Notes under the pieces: model-generated | What the model was told of the DNA's origin: nothing | Databases searched by the model: none | The model's input: the letters and a program-made list of their open reading frames with translations, nothing else | Program-made: the position numbers and the translations under genes | Part shown: positions 9,349 to 19,775 of the stretch, piece after piece | Layout of the letters: every line of letters starts with the position of its first letter | Position numbering within the stretch: the first letter of the stretch is position 1 | NCBI GenBank assembly: GCA_964597345.1 | Contig: CAZQXK010000008.1 | Location: 5,991 to 69,990, forward strand | Reading direction: 5' to 3' | Length of the DNA stretch: 64,000 bases | From: an uncultured Thermodesulfobacteriota bacterium | GTDB lineage: Bacteria > Desulfobacterota > Desulfarculia > JACQYL01

Positions 9349-10161
9349 ATGAATTGCCGAAGTTTCCACCCCGATCTCAGGAAGCCTCTGGAACGCTTAT
9401 ATAGGCAATACAGCGAGAGGCGGTTCGTATATCCTGATCCGGTCGGGTTTCTGTATCCGTATGCGGCGGTGGAGGACCGTGAGATCGCGGGCCTCATCGC
9501 CGCATTGCTGGCTTACGGGCGTGTCGCCCAGATTCATGGGAGCGTGTCCCGGGTCCTTGGCTGCCTGGAAAGTCCTGCGGCCTTTGTTCGAACGGCGGAG
9601 CGGCGCGATCTCGAGACGCAATTCGGGGGGTTCACCCACCGGTTCACCAGGGGGGATGACCTTGTAGGGTTGATGTGGGGAATGAAGCGGCTCCTGGAAG
9701 CCCATGGGTCGTTGGGCGCCTGCTTTTCCCAGGGCGTTCAACCGGGGGATGATACCGTGATTCCCGCGCTTACCGTATTCGCCCGCAGGCTTCGGCAAGC
9801 GGCCCGACAGGATTTGAATTTCCTGCTGCCCGCCCCCGACAAGGGGAGTGCGTGCAAGAGGCTCCATCTGTTTCTCCGGTGGATGGTTCGATCGGACCGG
9901 GTGGATCCCGGGGGCTGGAGTTTTCTTTCTCCTTCCATGCTCTTGGTTCCCATGGATACTCACATGCACCGTATTTCCCTTGCCCTGAAACTGACCCGGC
10001 GGCGCCAGGCGGACCTCCGAACCGCTCTCGAGGTGACGTCGGCGTTTCGATTCCTGTCCCCGGAGGATCCGATTCGGTACGATTTTGTCCTCACCCGGCT
10101 GGGAATGAGGAACGATGGGTCGTTGAAGGCGTTTCTGCTCGACTGCGGAGGGCGGGCGTGA
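9349..10161 (+). CDS. TIGR02757/DUF2400 family protein
   Basis: PDPV, AYGRV, SACKRLHLFLRWMVR, PMDTH, DPIRYDF. Confidence 0.82.
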   Translation: MNCRSFHPDLRKPLERLYRQYSERRFVYPDPVGFLYPYAAVEDREIAGLIAALLAYGRVAQIHGSVSRVLGCLESPAAFVRTAERRDLETQFGGFTHRFTRGDDLVGLMWGMKRLLEAHGSLGACFSQGVQPGDDTVIPALTVFARRLRQAARQDLNFLLPAPDKGSACKRLHLFLRWMVRSDRVDPGGWSFLSPSMLLVPMDTHMHRISLALKLTRRRQADLRTALEVTSAFRFLSPEDPIRYDFVLTRLGMRNDGSLKAFLLDCGGRA

Positions 10162-10169
10162 GGACCAAG

Positions 10170-11108
10170 ATGATGTACGGGAGAGTGGGATCGAGGAAAC
10201 GTCTCGATACGTCCCGGTCGGATTTGGAGGAGATGAGGGCGGGCCAGCGGGTTACCTGGATCGGGATGGCCTGTAACGTCTTCCTGATTGCGTGCAAATT
10301 CGCCGCAGGCATCCTGGGAAACAGTAAGGCCATGGTGGCCGACGCCGTGCATTCCGTCTCCGATTTCCTTACGGATGCCGTGGTTCTGGTCGGGCTTCGC
10401 ATGGGACGCCGAGCGCCGGACGCGAGTCATCACTTCGGGCATGGACGCATAGAGACCCTGGCGTCGCTTCTGGTGGGAGGAATGTTGATTCTGGTGGCCG
10501 GGCTTCTGGCCTACGAAGCATTTTTCCATATCCGGCGCGGAACGCCCATGCATCCGAACTGGCTGGCATTTGCCGGGGCGTTGCTGTCCATTCTCGTCAA
10601 AGAGGTGTTGTACCGATATACGGCGCGGGTGGGGCGTCGTATAGGGAGTTCCGCCGTGGAGGCCAATGCCTGGCATCATCGTTCGGACGCCCTTTCTTCC
10701 GTGGCGGTGCTCGTGGGAGTGGGCGGAGCCCTCGTCAACCCGGCGTGGGGGATCCTGGACGCCTATGCCACGCTGGTGGTGTCCCTGTTTATCCTGAAAG
10801 TGGGGGGGAGTATCTGCTGGAATTCCATCCGGGAAATGGTGGACACGGCCCCATCCCCGGAAATACTCGACCGGATGACTCAATGCAGCCTGAATGTTCG
10901 GGGGGTGCAACGGGTTCATGATCTCAAGGTGCGGAGCACGGGAGGGCGCTATCAACTCCAGATTCACGTGGTGGTGGACGGATCCATGAGCGTGGTCGAG
11001 GGGCATCGCATTGCCAAGGAAGTGGAGCGGTGCTTGTTGGATGAAGTGGAACGGGTGGCGGAGGTCACCGTCCACGTGGATCCCCTGGAGCACAGGACCC
11101 CGGATTGA
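10170..11108 (+). CDS. Cation diffusion facilitator (CDF) transporter
   Basis: ADAVHSVSD, HHFGHGRIE, NAWHHRSDA, C-terminal VHVDP. Confidence 0.92.
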   Translation: MMYGRVGSRKRLDTSRSDLEEMRAGQRVTWIGMACNVFLIACKFAAGILGNSKAMVADAVHSVSDFLTDAVVLVGLRMGRRAPDASHHFGHGRIETLASLLVGGMLILVAGLLAYEAFFHIRRGTPMHPNWLAFAGALLSILVKEVLYRYTARVGRRIGSSAVEANAWHHRSDALSSVAVLVGVGGALVNPAWGILDAYATLVVSLFILKVGGSICWNSIREMVDTAPSPEILDRMTQCSLNVRGVQRVHDLKVRSTGGRYQLQIHVVVDGSMSVVEGHRIAKEVERCLLDEVERVAEVTVHVDPLEHRTPD

Positions 11109-11368
11109 AACCTTTTCTGGGTCCTCCCATCCGGCGGCTCTGCGGAATGTCTCGTTTTCGCCTTCGCCTCAAGGAGCCGCCCCAGATCGTGAGCCGTCGC
11201 TCGTTCTCCAAGCATTCCCCCGCATGAAGAGTCGGACATCTTCCGTTCCGCGATTGAACCGGCCGCGGATTTTGCGGGAGTTTGTATACAATCTTTGGTA
11301 TAGGGTTACCGTAAAGGTTTGAGTTTCCTATCAGTTACCTTAATCACAGGCGATGCCGGGAGGTGTGC

Positions 11369-13114
11369 ATGACTTCGAAACCATGGCGCGGATCCAGATG
11401 GCCGGAAGGCGTACCCTATGACATCCATGGGTATGACAAGCCGTTGTTCACGTTTCTGGACGAGTCGGCTCGAGCGTATCCTGATGCGACCTTTACCCTA
11501 TTTCAAGGAGCTCGGCGCACGTTCCGGCAGGCGAAAGACACGGCGGACCGGGTGGCGCATTTTCTTGCCGGCTCGGGTATTCGGAGCGGGGACCGGGCTG
11601 CGATATTCCTGCCGAATTTGCCCCAATATCCCGAGATCTTTTTCGGGATCCTGAAAGCAGGGGCCGTGTGCGTGACATGCAACCCCATGTACAAAGCCAA
11701 GGAACTCAATTATCAGTTGCGGGACTGTGGCGCCCGGGCCGTGTTTGTCATGGATCACCCCATGTTTTATTCCACTGCGTTGGAGGCGGTGCAGGGGACG
11801 GACGTGGAACGGGTGATCGTATGCAATATCCGATCCTATCTCCCCGCCTTAAAGGGGTTTCTGGGATCCGTGCTCAAGAAGATCCCACGGGCGGATCGCA
11901 TCGAGGCGGGACATCTCATGTTTGACGACGTGGTGGGGAATGCCCGGCCGGAACCTCCCTCTCTGGAAATCGATCCCAGGGAGGACCCGGCTCTTCTCAT
12001 TTATACGGGGGGGACCACCGGGGTCCCCAAAGGGGCCTGTTTAACCCATTCCAACATCGTATACGACGTCATGGCTTGTGAGGAATGGATCCGGCTGTCT
12101 CCGCCTTCCGGGGGTCCGGCGCGCAAGCTGGAGCATGGGGGCAAGCACACCTATTTGGGAGTGCTCCCCTGGTACCACAGCTTCGGCCTTACCTTGTGCA
12201 TGGTCATGAGCGTCGCCAACGCCTCCCGACTAGTGTGCATCCCGGATCCCAGGGCGGGAAAACCTCCTTTCACGGACGTTCTGGCGTCCATCCAGAAATA
12301 CAAGGCGACCGTGGTGGTGGCCGTTCCCACCATTTATTCCGCCGTCGTAAATCACCCTCTGACGGATAAGTTCGACCTGACCTCCATCGTGGGATGCGGT
12401 TCGGGCGCGGCTCCGTTGCCGGCGGAGGTGGTTCGCCAGTTTGAAAAGCGGACCGGAGCCGTCATCTTCGAAGGATACGGGCTGACGGAGACGGGCCCCG
12501 TCATTACGGTGAACCCGACCCACGTGGAGATGCGGAAAATCGGCTCCGTGGGAATGCCTATTCCGGGATCCGAAGTGAAAATCGTGGATCTGGAAACCGG
12601 AACCCAAGAGTTGCCTCAAGGTCAGGACGGCGAAATCGCAGCCTGTGGTCCTCAAATCATGAAAGGATATTGGAACAAGCCTGAAGCCAACGAGCAGGTA
12701 TTTCGCCAACTGGAAGGTAAACGGTTTTTCCTGACGGGGGACATAGGCCACCTGGATGAAGACGGTTTTCTGGTCATCACGGATCGGAAAAAAGACATGA
12801 TTATCGTAGGCGGGTTTAACGCGTATCCCCGGGAAGTCGAGGAAGTCCTGTACACGCATCCCAAGGTGGCGCAGGCGGCGGTGGTGGGAGTGCCGGATCC
12901 CCATACGGGTGAGGCCGTCAAGGCATTCATCCAGCTCAAACCGGGGGAACAGGCCGGCGAGGACGAAATCCTGGATTTCTGCAAATCCCAGTTAACCGGC
13001 TATAAACGACCGCGGCGGATCGAGTTCCGGGAAAGTCTGCCCACCTCGCCCGTAGGCAAGGTGCTGAGGCGGGTGCTGAGAGATGAAGAATTGAAGAAAC
13101 GCTCCGGGGCTTGA
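11369..13114 (+). CDS. Long-chain fatty acid--CoA ligase
   Basis: YTGGTTGVPKG, EGYGLTE, TGDIG, DRKKDMI, GKVLRR. Confidence 0.92.
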   Translation: MTSKPWRGSRWPEGVPYDIHGYDKPLFTFLDESARAYPDATFTLFQGARRTFRQAKDTADRVAHFLAGSGIRSGDRAAIFLPNLPQYPEIFFGILKAGAVCVTCNPMYKAKELNYQLRDCGARAVFVMDHPMFYSTALEAVQGTDVERVIVCNIRSYLPALKGFLGSVLKKIPRADRIEAGHLMFDDVVGNARPEPPSLEIDPREDPALLIYTGGTTGVPKGACLTHSNIVYDVMACEEWIRLSPPSGGPARKLEHGGKHTYLGVLPWYHSFGLTLCMVMSVANASRLVCIPDPRAGKPPFTDVLASIQKYKATVVVAVPTIYSAVVNHPLTDKFDLTSIVGCGSGAAPLPAEVVRQFEKRTGAVIFEGYGLTETGPVITVNPTHVEMRKIGSVGMPIPGSEVKIVDLETGTQELPQGQDGEIAACGPQIMKGYWNKPEANEQVFRQLEGKRFFLTGDIGHLDEDGFLVITDRKKDMIIVGGFNAYPREVEEVLYTHPKVAQAAVVGVPDPHTGEAVKAFIQLKPGEQAGEDEILDFCKSQLTGYKRPRRIEFRESLPTSPVGKVLRRVLRDEELKKRSGA

Positions 13115-13193
13115 CGGCCCGTTGATGAACCGTATTGCGGACAGGTAGCCACGCCGAAGGCGTGACGGCGGATCGCGTTTTTCAACGGCCTGT
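13114..13193 (-). mobile_element. MITE-like repeat, internally deleted (80 bp), between convergent genes
   Basis: Both termini retained, core lost; TG on both flanks; abuts the ligase stop codon. Confidence 0.72.
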
Positions 13194-13199
13194 TGCGGT

Positions 13200-14294
13200 T
13201 TAGTCCACGTTCAGGATGGGAGCGAAGTCGTTGAACATCACCCAGACGGTGTCGCCTTCCCGGATCCCCAGCCGGACCCTGCTTTGTTCGGTGACCAGGG
13301 AACAGAGTTCCGTTCCGTCCTCCAGGAGCACCACGATTTCCGTGGTGACGGCGCCGCGGAGGATGCGGTCCGTCACACCCCGGAATCGGTTCCCGGCGCT
13401 GGTTCGGGGCTCCTGGGGACCGGGAGCCACGATCACCCAGGGCGCCTTGATCTCGGCGGATACGAAGACATTCAAGTCGAGTTTGAGTCTTTCCAGACTC
13501 TCATTGGTGATTACGGCCGTGATACGGGCGGCGCCGAGAGTGGTCAACTCTACTTCCGACTGAATATCGCCGGTATGAATGCGTGTGATTCTTCCAAAGA
13601 ACGTGTTCCGGGCGCTCGTTCGGCGCCGACTTTCCTTTTCCATGAAATGGCGGACCACCCGCTGCATGTCCTGGGCGGAAAAATCCAAATAAGAGGCGGT
13701 GAGGTTGGCGGTGGAATGCCCCAGGATCTTTTGAACCAGAGGCAAAGGCACGTTGTTCCGCAGCAGTTCAATGGCCCGGGAGCGTCTCAACGCGGTCGGG
13801 TTTCCCAAATTCCTGGGGAGCCCGCAGGCGTCGGCTCTGTCATAGAACGTTCTCCGCACATGCCCGGGATCGACTCGGAAGAACGCTCGACTCGGGCCGG
13901 ACGGGTTCGACTCGTTGAGGATCCGCCGCAATTCCCGCCCCAGATCGGAGGAGATGGGCACCTGCCGTGACGAGGCTTTATCCGTTCCGAGGCTTATGTG
14001 GAGTGCTTCCAAATCCATGTGGCGGAAAACGTCCAGGGCGAGAATTTCGCCCAGGCGGGCTCCCGTGTGGCGGATCAGCAGGAAGATGAGCAGGATCCGT
14101 TTCCGGGAGAGACCGATGTCTTCACGGCCCGGACTTTCCGCCCATCGTCTGAACTCCGCTTCCAAACGCGCGAGTTGAGCCGCATCCAGAAACCGGGTTT
14201 CGTGGGAAACCGAAAAGATTCCCGGGGTGTTGAAACGGCCGCGCAGGCGGCCTGCTTCCCAGGCTCGTAAGAGGATTTCCAGATGGTCCTTCAT
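13200..14294 (-). CDS. Tyrosine-recombinase-fold protein with two C-terminal TOBE domains (TunR-like molybdate/tungstate regulator)
   Basis: TGARLGE, TALRRS, LGHS, TASY followed by RTSARN and RTSAGN TOBE repeats. Confidence 0.8.
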   Translation of the reverse strand: MKDHLEILLRAWEAGRLRGRFNTPGIFSVSHETRFLDAAQLARLEAEFRRWAESPGREDIGLSRKRILLIFLLIRHTGARLGEILALDVFRHMDLEALHISLGTDKASSRQVPISSDLGRELRRILNESNPSGPSRAFFRVDPGHVRRTFYDRADACGLPRNLGNPTALRRSRAIELLRNNVPLPLVQKILGHSTANLTASYLDFSAQDMQRVVRHFMEKESRRRTSARNTFFGRITRIHTGDIQSEVELTTLGAARITAVITNESLERLKLDLNVFVSAEIKAPWVIVAPGPQEPRTSAGNRFRGVTDRILRGAVTTEIVVLLEDGTELCSLVTEQSRVRLGIREGDTVWVMFNDFAPILNVD

Positions 14295-14342
14295 TCCGAA
14301 TCAGTGGTACTCGTTGGGATTGCGGGAAAGATTCCGGATTGC

Positions 14343-17300
14343 CTATACGGCGCCGTGCGTTTTTCGAAAGTCCGTCTCTTCGTCCAGAACCTCCCGGATC
14401 ACCTTGAGGAGGTCGTCCAGGTGGTATGGTTTACTGATGAAACGTCGGGCTCCGCGTTTCAGGGATTCCCGCCTCTTGTCCTCGCCAGCGTAACCACTGG
14501 ATACCACGACCTTGGCTCCGGGGTCCAGTTTCAATAGGTGTTCCAGAGCCTTTAATCCCCCCATGCCGGGCATTCCCAGGTCCAGCAGAAGCAAGTCGAT
14601 TTCATTGGGGCGACTGGTGAAGACGTTCAGGGCTTCCTCGCCACTGGATGCGGTTATGGGTTTGTAGCCTCTTCGTTCCAAAGCCTCTGCTGCGATTTCC
14701 AATACGGCGGGTTCATCATCCACGATAAGCACGGTCTCACGCCCGGGCGGGGGAAACCGGTCTTCCCGGGGTTCGTTTTCCGGCTGAGGGCCGGCCGTGT
14801 GTTCCCGCGCCGGGAAGAACAACTCAAACGTAGTGCCCTTGCCGGGGATGCTCCGGCAGGATAGGTGACCCCGGTGTTCCTTGACGATGCCGTACACCAT
14901 GGAAAGGCCCAGACCGGTCCCTTTCCCTATGGCTTTGGTGGTGAAGAAGGGATCGAACACATGGTTCAAGGTTGTTTCCGTCATGCCGTGACCCGTATCC
15001 GAAACGGTAAGCTTGACGTAGCCGCCGGATGTCATCCCGAGGTGGCCGGTGGGCTGGTTCTCCGACGCGCTGAATGGTTCCGTGGCGAACACCAGGGCGC
15101 CTCCTTCGGGCATGGCGTCCCGGGCATTGGCGGCCAGATTCAGCAGAACCTGTTCGATTTGGCGAACGTCTCCGAGCATGGGAGACAGCGAGTCACTCAA
15201 ATGAGTCTCGATACGGATCATCTTGGGGAAGGTTCGTTCGAGCATCTCGAGGATATGACGTACGGCCTGGTTCAAATCCATGGGTTGGAGGACAGGTTCC
15301 ATCTTACGGCTGAAGGTCAGCAGCCTCTGAATCAGATCACGTCCCCGTTCCGCAGCGATTTGGATCTGCCGCACCTGGTGTCTCGAGGCCGGATCCATCG
15401 CATCGTTCATGGAGAGCAATTCCACGTAGCCGCTTATGGCTTGCAGGAGATTGTTGAAATCGTGGGCGATGCCGCCGGCCAGGGTGCCAACGGCCTCCAT
15501 TTTCTGGGCCTGAAGCAACTGGCTGTGAAGGGCCTTGAGTTCCTTTTCGGCCAGAATGCGCTCCGTCACCTCTCGACCCGATCCACTGATATAGGGTTCC
15601 CCTTCATCCGGGTTCACCAGGACGCTCCGATATTCGATGTAGTGTTTTTCCCCCCATTGGTCGAAGTACACGGAAACGCCCTGATGGTATCCCCGGGTCT
15701 TGATGTGTTCCAGATATTCGGTGTGGAAGGCTTCGCGCAAGGCCGGTTTCATGAAATCAGAGGGTTTCCGTCCGATGAGTTCTTCGGGAGTGTATGCAAG
15801 GACCTTTCCCAGGGCCGGGTTTACACTGAGGAATCGACCCTCCATATCCTGGGTGTAGATGAGGTCCGTAATGGAGTCGAACAAATCCCGGTATCGCTTC
15901 TCCGAGCGCCGCAACGCCTCTTCCGCCGCCCTGGTTTGCGTGACGTCGACGAGAGTGCCCATGTGGGCCGCCTGGCCGAGATACTGAATCAACCCCACGG
16001 TCATTCTTACCAGAACCCGGCGCCCGTCCTTGCGCAGGACTCGAAACTCGTATTCCTTGGGTACATCCTCCCCCGCCAGCCTCCTGCGATAGCGATCCGT
16101 GACGAGATCCAGATCCTCGGGAGCCACCAGTTCGTGAAAACGCATATTGACCAACTCTTCGGGAGGATAGCCCAGGATGCCGCCGATGGCTTTGTTGGCG
16201 AACCGAAACCGGAAATCCTGTATGATGAACACGCCGTCCTGGATGTTTTCCACCAGGGTCCGGTATTTCTCCTCGGATTCCTTCAACGCTTCTTCCACTC
16301 GGATCCGGTCGGTGATATCCTCGCAGGTAAGCAGATCCTTGCCGTCCGAAAGCAGGACGGCCCTGAACTGGACCACTCTTTGAGCGCCGTTCTTGCATGT
16401 GATTTGGAAGATTCGCGGCCGGGGTTCCCCTAGGCCGGACCTGGCCTTGTCTTCTATCCAGGCGGCCATGACCGTTCTCCGGTACTCGGGATCCGGGTAC
16501 GCCATGCGAAGCCATTCCCTGCCGAGGGAAACATCCTCCCGGGTATAGCCGAAGATTTCCACGAATTTGGGGTTGACATACTCGCAGGGACCTTCGGGTG
16601 AGAGCAGGGCGATGCCCGTGGGGGATTCCTCGGCCAGGACCTTGAAGCGTTCCTTTTCCCGGAGGAGGGCCTCCTCGGCCTGTTTCCGCTCAGTGACCAC
16701 CCGGCCGATGCCCCGAAAACCCGTCACCCGGCCGTCCGAATCGAACACGGGCTCGGCGTTGGTTTCAAGGACCACACGGAGGCCTGAACGGTGCATGCAC
16801 TCGTGTTCCAGGCCGCTCACCGCCGTTCCGGTCTCCATGGATCGGAGGAATGTCTCGCGAGTTCCGGTCTCTTCCTTTGAAGCTATGAAATCGAGGAGGG
16901 TCTTGCCCAAGACCTCGTCCGGCGCATATCCCAGCACATCCGTGATTCTGGGGCTCGAATAGGTGAACAGGAGGTCTCGGTCGATTTCCCATACCCAGTC
17001 CCGGAGGGTTTCCAGCAGGGTGCGGTACCGTTGCTCGCTATGCCGTAGCGCGTGCTCCACCCGTTGTCGGGCTCTGAATTCCCGTTCCAGCTGCTCGTTC
17101 ACGGTTCTGAGCCGCGCGCGGTCCTCTTCGAGAGATCGGTTGGTTTCCGCCTGATCCTTGAGGGATGTTTGGAGACCTCGGCCCAAAACCAGCAGGCAGG
17201 CGACCACCATGGCGTTCAGGGTGACAAAGCTTGCCACCAGGGCGATCCACAGGGGAGCGGAAACGACCCATCGCGTTTCCCACGGCAGTTCCTGGGTGGC

Positions 17301-17786
17301 CAGCCCGGAACTGATGAAGAGCAGGACCGCCAGGTTGGCGAGCAACGTCACCAGGGCGGCCTTGAAACCCAACAACATGGCGGCGATCACCGAGAAGGAA
17401 AACAGCCAAAGCAGGCCGCCGGATGGGAGTCCCGTATCCAGGACGATGACCACCCCGAAAGAGAACATGAGGGCCAAGGCGCCTGCGGCCCGGATGATGA
17501 AACGAATATGGCTCCCGAGGAGGAGCACGGCGGACGCCCAGAGGAGGGATGCCCCGTTCAGCAAGAGAAGGCCGTGATATCCTTCGGTCACCAAGGTCCG
17601 GAACATCAGGAGATAGAACAGGATCCCCATTCCCACGCCGGTGAGGTACATGGCGAACAAGATGCGTTCCCGCCAATACGCCATTCCGGATTGGCCCGCC
17701 CAGGGTGGAGGAACGCGGAAAGGATTCAGGCCGGAACCCCCGTAGCGTCGGGCGTTCAGGATATTTCGGGGAAAACGCAGGGGCAT
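14343..17786 (-). CDS. Membrane-bound multi-PAS hybrid histidine kinase with receiver domain
   Basis: About 6 N-terminal TM segments, 4 PAS repeats, AHDFNN, DTGHG, GTGLGL, C-terminal REC. Confidence 0.93.
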   Translation of the reverse strand: MPLRFPRNILNARRYGGSGLNPFRVPPPWAGQSGMAYWRERILFAMYLTGVGMGILFYLLMFRTLVTEGYHGLLLLNGASLLWASAVLLLGSHIRFIIRAAGALALMFSFGVVIVLDTGLPSGGLLWLFSFSVIAAMLLGFKAALVTLLANLAVLLFISSGLATQELPWETRWVVSAPLWIALVASFVTLNAMVVACLLVLGRGLQTSLKDQAETNRSLEEDRARLRTVNEQLEREFRARQRVEHALRHSEQRYRTLLETLRDWVWEIDRDLLFTYSSPRITDVLGYAPDEVLGKTLLDFIASKEETGTRETFLRSMETGTAVSGLEHECMHRSGLRVVLETNAEPVFDSDGRVTGFRGIGRVVTERKQAEEALLREKERFKVLAEESPTGIALLSPEGPCEYVNPKFVEIFGYTREDVSLGREWLRMAYPDPEYRRTVMAAWIEDKARSGLGEPRPRIFQITCKNGAQRVVQFRAVLLSDGKDLLTCEDITDRIRVEEALKESEEKYRTLVENIQDGVFIIQDFRFRFANKAIGGILGYPPEELVNMRFHELVAPEDLDLVTDRYRRRLAGEDVPKEYEFRVLRKDGRRVLVRMTVGLIQYLGQAAHMGTLVDVTQTRAAEEALRRSEKRYRDLFDSITDLIYTQDMEGRFLSVNPALGKVLAYTPEELIGRKPSDFMKPALREAFHTEYLEHIKTRGYHQGVSVYFDQWGEKHYIEYRSVLVNPDEGEPYISGSGREVTERILAEKELKALHSQLLQAQKMEAVGTLAGGIAHDFNNLLQAISGYVELLSMNDAMDPASRHQVRQIQIAAERGRDLIQRLLTFSRKMEPVLQPMDLNQAVRHILEMLERTFPKMIRIETHLSDSLSPMLGDVRQIEQVLLNLAANARDAMPEGGALVFATEPFSASENQPTGHLGMTSGGYVKLTVSDTGHGMTETTLNHVFDPFFTTKAIGKGTGLGLSMVYGIVKEHRGHLSCRSIPGKGTTFELFFPAREHTAGPQPENEPREDRFPPPGRETVLIVDDEPAVLEIAAEALERRGYKPITASSGEEALNVFTSRPNEIDLLLLDLGMPGMGGLKALEHLLKLDPGAKVVVSSGYAGEDKRRESLKRGARRFISKPYHLDDLLKVIREVLDEETDFRKTHGAV

Positions 17787-18129
17787 GTTGTTGTCCTCAA
17801 TGACTCCGGGGTGTGTGAAGGGTTATGGACTCCACGTTTGCTTGCCTGTTCCGGCTTGAAGCCGGCGCGGGTTCCGCGGGTTCGGCCTCGGAGCCCGGAC
17901 AATGCGGCAACACGCGGACGCATTCTCGCGGGATGATCCGCTCCACCTGGAAGCAAACCCGTCTTATAATATCGACAAGATTCCGAAACAGATGAGAAGT
18001 GATCGGGAGGTCGTGACCAGCTGTCGTCCACTCCCCAGGGTGCATGAAGGATAGAGCGAGAAAGGGCTTTACACGCTTCGTCCGCGGAGAGTATGGGAGG
18101 ACGGATGAGCAAGGAGAGGAGGAACTCTT

Positions 18130-19632
18130 TTGAGGTGTGAAAGCGCGCCGTTTCGCAGGGTGTGGACTGTGTCCGAAGTGGACGAGGCGCTCGCCCGGTT
18201 TGCTCGATGCCGTGTCCTGGTGGTGGGAGATTTGATGCTGGATCGGTATATATGGGGTCAGGTCCATCGTATCTCTCCCGAAGCCCCGGTTCAGGTTCTG
18301 GATGTGCATCGGGAAACGGATACCCTGGGGGGGGCCGGGAACGTGGCCAACAACCTCCGAGCCCTGGGTGCGGAGGTTTCGGTGGTGGGGGTTCTGGGTG
18401 GGGACAACACCGGAGACCGGATCATATCCCTGCTGAAAAGCCTGGATGCCGACGTATCGGGGTTGGTTCGCGACGCTTCGCGGATTTCCACTCGGAAGAC
18501 GCGGATCATAGCGGCCCACCAGCAGGTGCTCCGTATGGACAAAGAGGTCCGTAGCCCCGTTCCCCCTGACATCGAAAGCGCTGTCCTGGAACGCATCGAG
18601 GCGCAAGAGAGCCGTTTCGACGCGGTCGTGGTTTCGGATTACGGCAAAGGAGTCCTCACGGAGTCCGTGTTGAGTATGCTCATGCGTCTCGCACGGACGC
18701 AAGGCAAGCCCGTGGTTGTGGACCCCAAGGGAACGCGGTATGAACGATACGCCGGCGCCGCTTTGATCACACCCAACCGCAGGGAGGCATCCCAGGCGGC
18801 TGGAGAAGATTTGTCGGATGGGGAATCCCTGAAACGGGCCGCGGAGGTGCTTCAGCGCCAATCCGCGGGGGCGGCCATTCTGGTGACGTTGGGTCCCGAA
18901 GGGATGGCGCTGTTTGAGCCGGGGATGGAAAGCGTTTGGATTCCGGCTTCGGCCCGGGAAGTATTCGACGTATCCGGCGCCGGAGATACGGTGGTTTCGC
19001 TCATGGGGTTGGGACTGGCGTCCCGGTACTCTTTGGAAGTCTCGGCCGAAGCGGCCAATGCCGGCGCCGGAGTCGTGGTGGGAAAACTGGGTACCGCCGT
19101 GGTAACGCCCGGAGAACTGCGGGAAAGCCTGCTTCGTACCCCGGAGCCGATCCATCGCAAAGTTCGGGATGCGGCGGCGCTCCAGCGGGAAGTGAGCGAA
19201 CTGCGGCGACGGGGTAAGACCATCGCGTTTACCAACGGGTGTTTCGACCTCCTGCACGCCGGTCATGTGCGTTTGCTGGAAGCTTCCAAGAGACTTGCCG
19301 ACGTACTGGTGGTGGCCGTGGATGACGATGCCTCGGTACGGAGCATCAAGGGGGAGGGCCGTCCCGTGCTCAGCCAGGAGGAGCGGCTTCGCATTCTGTC
19401 TGCCTTGGATTCCGTGGATTATATTTGCACCTTCTCCACGGGCGAACTGGATTCGCTTCTGGAGAATCTCCGGCCCGATGTGTTGACCAAGGGCTCCAAT
19501 TACGAAGCGGAGAGCATCCAGGGAAAAAACATCGTGGAAAGGTACGGTGGAAAAGTGGTGGCGGTACCCATCGTGGACACGCTCTCGGTGTCGGCTCTCA
19601 TCCAACGTATCCGAAACCATCCGACGGATTGA
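18130..19632 (+). CDS. hldE: Bifunctional heptose 7-phosphate kinase / heptose 1-phosphate adenylyltransferase
   Basis: RISPEAPV, GGAGNVA, DVSGAGDT, FTNGCFDLLHAGH; exact start uncertain. Confidence 0.93.
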   Translation: MRCESAPFRRVWTVSEVDEALARFARCRVLVVGDLMLDRYIWGQVHRISPEAPVQVLDVHRETDTLGGAGNVANNLRALGAEVSVVGVLGGDNTGDRIISLLKSLDADVSGLVRDASRISTRKTRIIAAHQQVLRMDKEVRSPVPPDIESAVLERIEAQESRFDAVVVSDYGKGVLTESVLSMLMRLARTQGKPVVVDPKGTRYERYAGAALITPNRREASQAAGEDLSDGESLKRAAEVLQRQSAGAAILVTLGPEGMALFEPGMESVWIPASAREVFDVSGAGDTVVSLMGLGLASRYSLEVSAEAANAGAGVVVGKLGTAVVTPGELRESLLRTPEPIHRKVRDAAALQREVSELRRRGKTIAFTNGCFDLLHAGHVRLLEASKRLADVLVVAVDDDASVRSIKGEGRPVLSQEERLRILSALDSVDYICTFSTGELDSLLENLRPDVLTKGSNYEAESIQGKNIVERYGGKVVAVPIVDTLSVSALIQRIRNHPTD

Positions 19633-19775
19633 ATCCGGTTCGTGTCCGGGATTTCTTGCGTCGATCCGACTCCGGATGGGTGGATCTCACCGAATTCCCC
19701 CATATGGACGAAACGAACAGCGAGGTGAGATGTGTCCGCGGCCGGCGAGCGCCCATGAAGTCCCGGCCCGCGTTC

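Noticed and set aside
11282-11291. TTGTATACAA palindrome before the acyl-CoA ligase
   Set aside because: GntR-like but only 10 bp, with no second copy or cognate regulator in the window
13200-14294. Integrase marking a prophage or genomic island
   Set aside because: Fused to two TOBE domains, with no tRNA, att site or phage genes nearby; fits a TunR-like regulator better
17797-19620. Long antisense ORFs (also 14865..16433, 42240..44111, 50124..51632, 53880..55325, 34987..36486)
   Set aside because: Shadow frames of well-supported genes on the opposite strand in GC-rich DNA; no recognisable motifs
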